In this document: piece after piece, positions 10,783 through 20,284 of the stretch
How positions within the stretch are numbered: the first letter of the stretch is position 1
Layout: every line of letters begins with the position of its first letter
Assembly: GCA_054661495.1 (NCBI GenBank)
Contig: BAAFSQ010000093.1
Span: 1 to 32,000, forward strand
Direction: 5' to 3'
DNA from: Zygophlyctis sp. KS116
Taxonomy: Eukaryota; Fungi; Chytridiomycota
DNA length: 32,000 nucleotides
Position numbers and translations under genes: made by a program
Notes under the pieces: model-generated
Told to the model about the DNA's origin: nothing
The model's input: only the letters and a program-made list of their open reading frames with translations
Database searches by the model: none

Positions 10783-10971
10783 AATTTTATTAATTATGTA
10801 GATGAAGAAAACTTTTGGACTTTCTTCTAAATAGCTGGCTATAATGATTTTTGCAAAAGAGATAAAAGATTTATTTGATTTTTAATTACAATTTGGGACA
10901 TTTGTGGGGCCCGAGTGGCGTCTTGAAAGCCCATGGCTCAGGGTTGATATTTTTTCTCCGACCCGTCCGTA

Positions 10972-12901
10972 ATGAGTGGCTACTGTCCTCACATTTCATC
11001 AACCACTATTTCCAAGAAGCGGAAAGGGAAAATTAAGTCGTTGTCGCATTGTGAAGATTGCGGAAAAACAACACAGTCGACATGGATGTGTATTTCCTGC
11101 GGACAAATCGGTTGCGGAAGGTATCTTTTAATCATTATCATGATCATTCAGATTTATTTCTGGACATGCTTTGGATCATTATTCAAAATCCGCGCATCCG
11201 ATCGCCATTGATATCGATAGTCTAGCATTTCATTGGTATTGTTTTTCATATTTTTATGATTGGTAGTTATGTTTGCGATGATTTTGCATTTTCTAATGAT
11301 CCAAAAGATGAATCGGCTCTAAAAGGTTTTAGGTCTTACGTGACTTCATTACGACGAAATCAGAAACTCAATGTTATGACTGGAGCGATAAAGGAAAAGA
11401 TGGTGATTTCAAAGAAAAAATTTATGCATCTTACTGGATTAAGTAATCTCGGTAATAATGATCATTTAATCGGTAGGGAATACTTGTTTTATGAATGTGA
11501 TCTTACAGACATTATGGTGGGTTAAATGCTATATAATTATATAGCCATACAGAACCGATCCAGCATTACTTTTTAGATATTAATGATCCACTATCGCCAA
11601 TCAATAGTCCAAAATCAGATCTTAATCGTCCATTGACAAGACGGGCTGCTTTTGAAAGAAGAGATGTGTATGATTTCTTTATAGTAACAAAACAGGTCCA
11701 TTTGGGAAGAATTTGCAAATCTTTTAAGGGAAATGTGGACATCTTCATTACAGGCTATCAGCCCAAACTCTTTTTTAGATACAATTTGGAAAATTGTACC
11801 AATGGTATTTTATTTCTTAAATAAAAATCATAGTTTCGGGGATATCAACAGCAAGATGCCCAAGAGTTTGCACGCTATTTGCTGGATCGCATCAATACTG
11901 AATTAACATTACAAAAGAGAATTAAGCAAAATTTCTTACTCTCTACATTTCAAGGAGTTCTAACCAATCAAGTAAATCTGATTTTAAATAATTTTAGGTG
12001 CATTGTCTCTCATGCAATCATGTATATGTAAAGCAGGACCCATTTTTGGATTTATCATTATCAATACCTGAAAAATATTCTCAAAGAAAAAATAAGATAC
12101 AAGAACAACAAGAACCGTGCTCTTTGGCTGGTAAGACTCTTCTTCAACTTAACGACTAGAATTATTAAACAATTTTGTACAAATGGAACACTTGGAAGGA
12201 CAAGATCAATATGATTGCGAAAAATGTAAAAGTAAGCAAAATGCTACTAAAAAATTCACCATTGAAACTCTTCCAGAAGTATATTTAATTTAATTAAATG
12301 ATTATAGGTTTTGTGTTTACACTTGAAACGATTCAAGTACACTCGTCACTCTAGATCAAAAATTGATACATATGTAGAATTTCCAATAACTGATTTGGAC
12401 ATGACACCCTATACATGTAGTAACAAGACTGCTCAGTTATATGATTTATATTCTATAATTGTACATCATGGAACATCTGGCTCTGGACATTTCTTGGCAT
12501 ATATTTGGTCACCCGACAACTCATCATGGTTTGAAGTCAATGATTCTCATACTAAACCCACAACACCAGACATTATACATAAACAATCTGCATATATGTT
12601 GTTTTATCTCCGTAGAGATGTCAATTCAAGATTTAAAGAGAGTGACAGCCTAGATCTAATTGCTGATACTCTCAGTAGCGTAAGCTCTGTAAATATGAAA
12701 CCCTCTAAAAATATTAATTCTCTTGATGAAGCATACTACTCATCACCTGCTGATTCTATTGATAACTCTAGTGACTCTGTAAGGCGTAGATCTGGACGTC
12801 TAATTAATAATGAAAGTTTTGATGACTTATCATCTCTCGGAGTCAGGCGATCAAAAAGAAGAAGAAATATTGTGAAAATGGTTGATAGTGATTCTGATTA
12901 A
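10972..12901 (+). CDS. Ubiquitin-specific protease with zf-UBP domain (USP3/44/49-like), many short introns
   Basis: zf-UBP WMCISCGQIGCGR; Cys box GLSNLGNTCFMNVILQ; QQQDAQEF; LHLKRF; His box IVHHGTSGSGHF; AYMLFY. Confidence 0.9.
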
Positions 12902-12933
12902 ATTTTGTAACCTTACCTTATTTTTTGACTGAA

Positions 12934-13757
12934 ATGCTTGATCAATCTGACCCAATAGAACCTATGGATTCCATTGACTCTACTGATGCTATGGATGGCA
13001 TTGATGCTATGGATTCTATTGATCAAATGGACCCAACATCACAAGACCCGACTCTTGATTGTAATAATACCCATCCACCTCAAAATGTGCGGATCGATCA
13101 AGTTGAATCGGCGATCAGGGAAGCAAACTTGGTAATCCTAAATTTCTCAATATTAGATCAATCATGAATTACAGTCGCTTTTGGATGTATCGCTCCTCAA
13201 AATCAAAAAACTGAAATTTGAAAACAAGTAATTTTCTAATAATTAATTTCAAGATTTCTAGTTGAAACTCTTCATCAAAAAAATGATGCTCTATTTAATC
13301 AAGATCCTTATTCACCATCAAAGAGATTGTATCAACTTCATAAAGATTCAGATTCGGAAGATCCTAATAATGATTTTAAAAGAAAGCCGAGGAAAAGAAA
13401 AACCAAAGCTGTTGATCCAAATGCTCCAAAGCGTCCTTTAAATGTATTTTCTGTATTTTCAGAGTTCCAAAAAGATTTACTCAAACAAGAAAGATTAGAA
13501 TTAGAAAAAACAGCCCCAGATTCTGCAGATTGTATTGCATTGAAAAATATTTCAAAAGCAGTGACTGCAAAGTGGAAAAATATTAATGAGGACGAAAAAC
13601 AGGGTATGATTTAATTTTTAAAAACCTAGTATATCGGGAAATGTATCGTTCACAAGTTGAATCTTATGAGAAAGCAATGGAGGAATATGTAAAGTCAAAT
13701 CCAGATATGGAGAGTAGTTCCAAGAAGATCAAGACTGATCCGCAAGAAACAGAATAA
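12934..13757 (+). CDS. HMG-box protein (Nhp10-like), short introns
   Basis: VDPNAPKRPLNVF...ISKAVTAKWKNINEDEK; acidic low-complexity N-terminus; stop at 13755-13757. Confidence 0.75.
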
Positions 13758-13817
13758 AGAGTTTTGTACCAATGTCTGACATTTGGCGCGTCCCAGCCCT
13801 TGACAGAATTTTTTAAA

Positions 13818-14996
13818 ATGAGACCAAGTCTAGGAACTGGCGGTAGATCGTCAGTCTCTGGATCCATCGCATCAGTCTTTGGATGCACTGGGTTTCTAGG
13901 AAGATATCTAGTAAATAATTTAGGAAGAAGTGGAACACAAACAGTCATTCCTTATCGTGGATGCGATGATGACAAGAGACATTTGAAAATTATGGGGGAC
14001 TTGGGACAAATAGTTTCAATGAAATTTGACCCATTGTCGACTGATAGTATGCGGGAATGTTTGCGTTCCTCTAATGTTGTTTACAATTTGATGGGCAGAA
14101 TGTATCCAACAAAGAATTACAGTCTGGAAAAAGTTCATGTGGACATGGCAAGGGAAATCGCAAAGTTATGCAAGGAAACAGGGGCTAGATTAGTTCATGT
14201 ATCTGCTTTAAACGCTTCTGTCGATTCATCATGTCAGTTTTTAAAAGCAAAGGTACTTATTTTTCCATCCTTTTAGGAATTGCATGGATCTTAAATTTTA
14301 GGCTCTTGGAGAACAAGCAGTACTGCAAGAATTACCTGATGCAACTATTATTAGACCTTCATATATGTATGGTGATGAAGATAGATTCTGGAATAGAATG
14401 GGATGTATTATATTGGATTTTTAATTAAATAGCTCAATCTAAATGGAAAGGAGGAATTTTTCTTCCTGGATCAGGAAATGTTAGATTTAGACCAGTGTAT
14501 GTGGGTGATGTAGCTGCAATTATGGCGAAAATGGTAAAGGATGATAGAGCAGATGGCAGAATTGTGGAATTATTTGGGTTTGTCTTTAATATGCTAATTT
14601 TAGACCAAAAGAGTATTATTACAAGGATTTAGTCCAATTATTTTTAGATGTTTCTGGTAATGCCGCTGAAGCACGTCCAGTTCCTAAAGCAGTTTACAAG
14701 TATTTTAAATTTCTAATGATAAATAGGATTATAGCAGGTTTGTTTGAAAAACTAAAAGTCTTTCCAATTATAACCTCTGATGAAGTTGAAAGGGTAAATT
14801 TTAGTAATTTAAAAGATAGCTTTTTATTGATGATGTCATATCAAAGGATGCATTGACATTTAAAGACTTTGAATATAGACCTCACTCTGTAGAAGAGACT
14901 ATAACGCGATTTGTACGAATGTACAGACCTGCAAGATTACAAAGAGTCCCTTTGGAAGAAAATATCAAATCTTATGCTATAAATGAAAGTAATTAA
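13818..14996 (+). CDS. NDUFA9: Complex I 39/40-kDa subunit
   Basis: GGRSSVSG, VFGCTGFLGRY, MGDLGQ, FRPVYVGDVA; introns 14253-14301, 14405-14432, 14578-14603, 14700-14726 and 14794-14819. Confidence 0.93.
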
Positions 14997-16099
14997 ATTT
15001 TTTTGGTTTTTAAATTATGATCCAATCCCAAGAAATTTAGAACATTTAGTCCCAAAATCATTTCCTTTTCTTGTACTGTTAAAAATTTACATTTCCGAAC
15101 AACTTCACCAGGTGATTGTTCTCCTAAAGGAAAAGGATAATCACTACCAAGCATAATCTTATCTACACCAATCTTTTTTACAAGTAATTCTAGAGCATCT
15201 GGATCGTGTACAAGCGAATCACACCAAATCTTGTTTAAAAAAGTTGATGGACTTGATTTACATTTTATAGCAACTAGATCAGGCCTACAATTATATCCAT
15301 GTTCAATTCTTCCTAAAGTACCAGGAAAAGAACCACCACCATGAGCAAAACAAATCTTTAAGTCTGGATACCTTTCTAAAACCCCTCCCAACATAACTGA
15401 GCAAATCCCAATAGTAGTTTCACATGGCATCCCTATAAGCCATGGAAACCAATAAGGAGACATTCGACTGTCATATTAAGAAAATAAAAAATACCCATTC
15501 TTCTCCATATCCCAAGGATGAACAAAAATGGGAACTTTTAATTCATTACAAAAACTCCAAAAAGGCTCCAAATATGGATCATCTAAATTTAGACCATTTA
15601 TATGAGATCCTATTTGTATTCCAGCCAAATTCAAATTAAATAGACACCTTTTCAATTCCAAAATTGCGAGTTCCGAGTCTTGCATTGGCACCGTTCCCAA
15701 TCCAATAAATTTCTTTGGATGATTTGCAACTGTATTAGCAATATCATCATTTAAAATCCTAAAATTTAATATTACGTATCCTACTTTGCAACATGTAGAC
15801 AATCTTTGGGTGATTTATCATAATTAAACATTACGGGAACAGTTGAAATGACTTGAACATCTACTCCTGTATGATTTATATCTGATATTCTCGATTGAGC
15901 GTCCCAACAATTACATTCAATGTCTCTAAAATGTTCATTGTCTATTTTCATGACTGCTGTTTCCTATTCTTCATTTATGTAAAAGTACATTGTCCACTGG
16001 CTGTACAGAGACCCATCCTCCATAGCCAAAATGTTTAGAAAAGTCTGGAAGTGACTTTGGAAGAATGTGAGTGTGCAAATCAATCACCAACTGTGGCAT
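14993..16099 (-). CDS. ACMSD: 2-amino-3-carboxymuconate-6-semialdehyde decarboxylase
   Basis: IDLHTHILP, FGYGGWV, NCWD, STVPVMF, FVHPWDM, WLIGMPCET, FAHGGGSFP, GSDYPFPLGE; three short introns. Confidence 0.93.
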
Positions 16100-16174
16100 T
16101 AATAATCAAAATTCCTCTCCTCAATCTAGTCTGTTTAATACAATTGTTACTAATACTATTGGAAATTTAAAAAT

Positions 16175-16299
16175 TAATGTCTGCTGCCATCTACACAGAA
16201 TATAAAATATATCCTGCTCAAAAAGCAACAATTCAATCTTCGAAACGGGGTATCTCTTGAAAATGCATTAAAAGCAATTTCAAGAACTGTATGTCTCGA
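16175..16299 (-). ncRNA. Box H/ACA snoRNA, intronic; predicted LSU rRNA targets equivalent to yeast 25S Psi2129 and Psi1042
   Basis: Hairpin 1: TCGAGAC/GTTTCGA lower stem, TCTTGAAA/TTTCAAGA upper stem, pocket ACAGT + GATACCCC, 15 nt from a variant H box AGATTG. Hairpin 2: TGTTGCT/GGCAGCA and GCAGGATAT/ATATTCTGT, pocket TTTGA + GTAGAT, 14 nt from ACA-NNN. rRNA target sequences are recalled from yeast. Confidence 0.7.
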
Positions 16300-16371
16300 T
16301 CCTTCATCTCATTTCAAAAAAAAACAATTTGGTACAATATAAAAATCTACAGAGTTAGTGATAAAGAGAAA

Positions 16372-16461
16372 CTGATCAGATAGTTTGGTAAGTTTGTACA
16401 GTATCAGCACTTTAGATCAGAAGCAGAACTGGCATGTTTTGTACAGTTATCATCACTTCAG
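16372..16461 (-). ncRNA. snR61: Box C/D snoRNA, snR61/SNORD38 (U38) homolog, intronic
   Basis: C box GTGATGA; guide GCCAGTTCTGCTT + D' CTGA, complementary to conserved LSU AAGCAGAACUGGC; C' GTGCTGA; D CTGA; terminal stem CTGA/TCAG. It lies in intron 16347-16474 (GTATGT...CTAAC...TAG). Confidence 0.88.
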
Positions 16462-16504
16462 AATAAAAACATACCTATTATAATTTAAAGAGAAACAATA
16501 TGTG

Positions 16505-16580
16505 AGAGCATCAGTTGGTGGTGCATGTTATTTATCATCATCATATGTATGTAATAATGGATATCATCATCATTTGCTCT
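16505..16580 (-). ncRNA. snR55: Box C/D snoRNA, snR55/SNORD33 (U33) homolog
   Basis: Terminal stem AGAGCA/TGCTCT; C box ATGATGA; guide CATGCACCACCA + D box CTGA, complementary to conserved SSU UGGUGGUGCAUG; the D+5 rule selects the U equivalent to yeast Um1269. Confidence 0.88.
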
Positions 16581-16660
16581 AAACTTTTTGTAAAAAAAAA
16601 GAATAAAAGTCCTTGTCCTGGTACTTGAGAATAACTTTAGTCCGCAGTTAAATTGAAATT

Positions 16661-17587
16661 CTAGACTTTAATCCCCAAATTTGACAAGTAATTAATAAAT
16701 TTAGCATGATTTCCATTTGATCTAGCAATATCAATACAAGATTCACCAGAGAAATTTTTTTGTTGAATTAAATCCATTATTCCTTTTTTTCCAATTGTTT
16801 TTAGACCATTGTCTACAATTATACAAAAACAAGTAAAAGAATTTGATGATATTGAAAGAGATAAACAATTTTCTCCAGTAAAACAACGTAATTCAAGGTC
16901 AGCTTTTGCTTCTACTAACCATTCTGTCCAAAGAGAATGTTTTCTTTCTATAGAAATCATTAGAGGAGTAAATCCATTAAATGAATCAGGTTCATTAATA
17001 TCCCAACCTTTAGATTGTAATTCTGTTAATATTTCCTGATCATTAAAACCATAAAACGCAGAAATCCAAATTGGACCTTCATTCCTACTATTTATAGTAA
17101 TATTAGATAAAGCAGAATAATTAAGTCTCCATATTATCCTATTTTGAATAATCATTTCCTGAATGACTGAAACTTGATCTGGTTCAATTGAATATTTAAC
17201 TCCTATACAAGAAATCCCATAATTCAGATTAAACAAATGAGATAATTTGTTTCTAGTACAAGCAAAGACAATATTCATTTGCTTCTTGTGACATGAAGAA
17301 ACAATTCTTGCAATTTCCTGATCATGATCTCTAATATTTTTAGCAATAATTACCATCTTGATTTTATCTAAATTCCTATAAACTTGATTTAGTCCAATGA
17401 TGAGATTTGTTTTTTTAGATTTAATAAGAAATTTAGATACAATATCTTCCAATTCTGAATTTATAAATTGATTTACATAATTCCCAATAAAACTTGAATC
17501 AGTTGCACTTGTTTTCTGTAATATTCTAGAGATGCTAGAGTGAAACTGGTCAAATTCAATAAACTGCACTGCATTCTGCGAGAGCAT
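16661..17587 (-). CDS. SECISBP2-like L7Ae-domain protein fused to ankyrin repeats
   Basis: NYVNQFINSELEDIVSKFL and LIIGLNQV...KIKMVIIAKN...IVFACTRNKL...ISCIGV match the SBP2 RNA-binding region pattern. Ankyrin motifs DINEPDSFNGFTPLMISIE, ADLELRCFTGENCL and NFSGESCIDIA follow. Confidence 0.7.
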   Translation of the reverse strand: MLSQNAVQFIEFDQFHSSISRILQKTSATDSSFIGNYVNQFINSELEDIVSKFLIKSKKTNLIIGLNQVYRNLDKIKMVIIAKNIRDHDQEIARIVSSCHKKQMNIVFACTRNKLSHLFNLNYGISCIGVKYSIEPDQVSVIQEMIIQNRIIWRLNYSALSNITINSRNEGPIWISAFYGFNDQEILTELQSKGWDINEPDSFNGFTPLMISIERKHSLWTEWLVEAKADLELRCFTGENCLSLSISSNSFTCFCIIVDNGLKTIGKKGIMDLIQQKNFSGESCIDIARSNGNHAKFINYLSNLGIKV

Positions 17588-17608
17588 ATTTTCTCTTCTT
17601 CTTGTGCA

Positions 17609-17706
17609 ATTTCTATGCTAATTCTACTAATTCTATGCTAATTCTATAATATTTATGAAGATGTATGAAGATGTATGAAGATTTATGAAGATTTATAAAG
17701 ATTTAT
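17609..17706. repeat. Two adjacent short tandem arrays: ~11-bp (ATTCTATGCTA-like, ~3.5 copies) and 10-bp (ATKTATGAAG, ~5.5 copies)
   Basis: Directly visible; they fill most of the spacer upstream of the SBP2-like gene. Confidence 0.85.
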
Positions 17707-18311
17707 TAAAATGTTAAATAGAGTACAGTCCAAAAATATACTATAATCCTTGAATATTTAATATTAGCAGAATTAGGAATTAGATTAGAAGGCCATAATA
17801 CATCAATTTCCACTTTAGAATCTTGTGATTGTGCACCAAGAGCAGTCCAGAGTGCTTGTCCGTACAAATCTAAATTCCTTGAAACTTGATTTAAAGGCCA
17901 TAAACATCCATTAGTTGGACAGAAATCTACAATTGTTGCATTTACAACTAGTGAATGATTTTTAGAATTCCTAATTTGTAGAGTTTGAAAACATGAATTC
18001 ACTTTATTAGATCCACCATATGCTCTCTCTGATACTGCAACTGTAAATGATTTTGGCCAAATAGATTTTGAAAGTAAATCTAGATTTTGTCTCTTTATAG
18101 AGTCTAAAGAAGAACCATTAATATTAGCCATAATTTCCATCTGATCTCTATCATAAACTCCATCATTTAGAATCTTGTTCCATCGAGGATCTCCACCAGG
18201 TTGTCCATTGCTACATCCAACACCAACATCTAGTAATTGATATCCAATCTCTGAAAAGTGAGGAATAATAGGAAATGGTCCATAATGTGTTGCAAGTCCT
18301 GATTTCCACAT
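17706..18311 (-). CDS. RlpA/expansin/barwin-like double-psi beta-barrel protein with hydrophobic C-terminus
   Basis: GLATHYG...GCS, TVAVS, CFQTLQI, ATIVDFCP..C, LDL pattern. Confidence 0.65.
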   Translation of the reverse strand: MWKSGLATHYGPFPIIPHFSEIGYQLLDVGVGCSNGQPGGDPRWNKILNDGVYDRDQMEIMANINGSSLDSIKRQNLDLLSKSIWPKSFTVAVSERAYGGSNKVNSCFQTLQIRNSKNHSLVVNATIVDFCPTNGCLWPLNQVSRNLDLYGQALWTALGAQSQDSKVEIDVLWPSNLIPNSANIKYSRIIVYFWTVLYLTF

Positions 18312-18352
18312 TTTAGAATTTCTTGTTTACAGTACGTCATTACTCATTCTAA

Positions 18353-19417
18353 ATGCTTTTAAAGTTATTCATCTTTCAAAGAATTGTTTCAGCATCTGAT
18401 TGCTCTATTGTAGTTGATCTTTGGAAATATTTCAAAAAGTCTACAATCGTTGATGCCAATGATACTGTCGGTTGTTGTAATTCTGATATTCCAAATATTA
18501 CCTGTAATGGCTCCTCTGTAATCAAAATGTACTCTTAAAAATACTGATCATAGCGATTGGTCAAATCTTGGTTTACAAGGTGACATACCGGCCAGTATTA
18601 AAGATTTGAAAGAATTATCATTAATGTACTCTAATCTCTTTAAAACATAGCAATTTTGGTAATAATTTACTGGTCAATATTCCAAATGAAATCTCTGAAT
18701 TACAAAATCTCAAAAACTTGTATTTCTAAAACTAATTTATAGATTGCTTTATAGTAATGGTTTTAAGGGATCAATTCCATCTTCAATTCTTAAAATTCAT
18801 GGATTAAAAACTCTAGATTTATCAAATAATAAGTTTTCTGGAATGATACCATTTGACATTATGCAATTATCAAATTTAGAGATTTTATCATTGTCCGATA
18901 ATCTCTTGTCTGGAAGTATACCATCAAATATTGTGAATTTAACTTCTTTACAGCAACTGTATATTTAATCAGACTAATTAAAAGGTTTTTATCAAATAAT
19001 AAACTATCAGAAGTGATTCCAAGTCAGATAGGATCAATGAATAATTTAAAATATTTGTATTTTTTCTAAAATACTAATACAAAGAAGACTTGATGGTAAT
19101 CAATTCTCTGGAAAAGTTCCATGCACATTTTCTAATCTCTTAAACTTGAATGATCTAAATTTACAAGATAATCCTAATCTATCGGGGATCGTATGGATTG
19201 GCAGTTCCATAAAGTAAGATTATTTACTAAAAATGATAGAATACAGACTATTAAAACTAAAATTAAACTAGTATGTACTCCTGATCTTCAAAAATCTGAT
19301 CCAAGATGTCAAATTTGTGGTTATTCTGATGATGAATCACTAGAATCTGCAGGAATTTCAATGTCTCCTGCTATTAGTCTTTTTATATGGATTCTATTTA
19401 TTTCTTGCATTCATTGA
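18353..19417 (+). CDS. Secreted/GPI-anchored LRR protein with plant-type 24-aa repeats
   Basis: Cys-rich N-cap; LxxLxLxxNxxSGxIP repeats; phase-2 introns 18529-18553, 18626-18650, 18720-18742, 18959-18984, 19057-19084 and 19214-19239; hydrophobic tail. Confidence 0.85.
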
Positions 19418-19477
19418 CTTTGAAATTGCACTTTAGAAATCTTTATTTTTGAAAAAATATATACAGGCATATTCTTT

Positions 19478-20260
19478 TCAGTTTTTGGCCAGAATATTGC
19501 TGAAAAACAATCTAGACTTTTTTCTCAAGACATAAATCCGTCTTTTTATATATGATTGTGTCTTGATGAATATTTTCTTTAAGAATCTTTGTAATCTGTA
19601 CAATATACTTGGATCAAGACGTGTTTTAGAATTTATAGACTTGAGAGTCTTTTCTTTAGATTTGATTTCCCTTTTAGCATTGTTAGTATTTATAGTAGTT
19701 TTAGCAATTTTAGAAAATTTAGAAAATTTAGAGCTGATCTGCACCATTTCGTGAGATTCCTTGGCCTTCAAATCAAAAACATTATTCTGAAAGTGATGCA
19801 TGCTTGACGACTGATAAAACATTGAGTCTGTAATCATTGGCGTTAGACTAAACGTGTCTTTATAGAAGAAGAATGATAGTAATCCAATACATGCAGTCAA
19901 ATAGATAAGAAATATGATTGATGGGCTTGGAGCCTTGATCTCTACAAACAAATGCGGGAAATCTGATGAATAGTCTTCTGTGAGATTTTTTACATCATCA
20001 AAACAGTTTAAAAGAATACTTAAATCATACTTGGCTGGCTCATCTTGACTGCAAGACATGCTTTTAGTAATGCCTGATGATTGTTTAATTTCAATAAATG
20101 AAGAGTCTACCATCTCATTAGACAAGTCCGGAATATTGCTAGACGCAATTTCTGAATTTACAGATGAATTATCTTCAGATATTGATGCCAAGTCATAATC
20201 AGTCTTTTCCCAGTTTACAAATACTAAATCTGATATATCGAGCGTTTCTGCTGCTGCCAT
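19478..20260 (-). CDS. Hypothetical single-pass membrane protein (acidic N-terminus, basic C-terminus)
   Basis: Long intronless ORF, probable ATG at 20260 (MAAAETLD); one TM segment IIFLIYLTACIGLLSFFFY. Confidence 0.6.
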   Translation of the reverse strand: MAAAETLDISDLVFVNWEKTDYDLASISEDNSSVNSEIASSNIPDLSNEMVDSSFIEIKQSSGITKSMSCSQDEPAKYDLSILLNCFDDVKNLTEDYSSDFPHLFVEIKAPSPSIIFLIYLTACIGLLSFFFYKDTFSLTPMITDSMFYQSSSMHHFQNNVFDLKAKESHEMVQISSKFSKFSKIAKTTINTNNAKREIKSKEKTLKSINSKTRLDPSILYRLQRFLKKIFIKTQSYIKRRIYVLRKKSRLFFSNILAKN

Positions 20261-20284
20261 CAGGAAGATAAGAAAAAGTTTCCG

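Noticed and set aside
12949-13035. 9-nt periodic repeat (DAMDGIDAMDSID) in the HMG gene
   Set aside because: Ordinary low-complexity acidic coding tract.
4214-14996. Fragmented ORFs as pseudogenes or frameshift errors
   Set aside because: Every break examined is resolved by a canonical micro-intron that restores conserved motifs.
16177-16582. Possible small spliced plus-strand CDS
   Set aside because: No consistent frame or recognisable protein; the region is fully explained by minus-strand snoRNAs.
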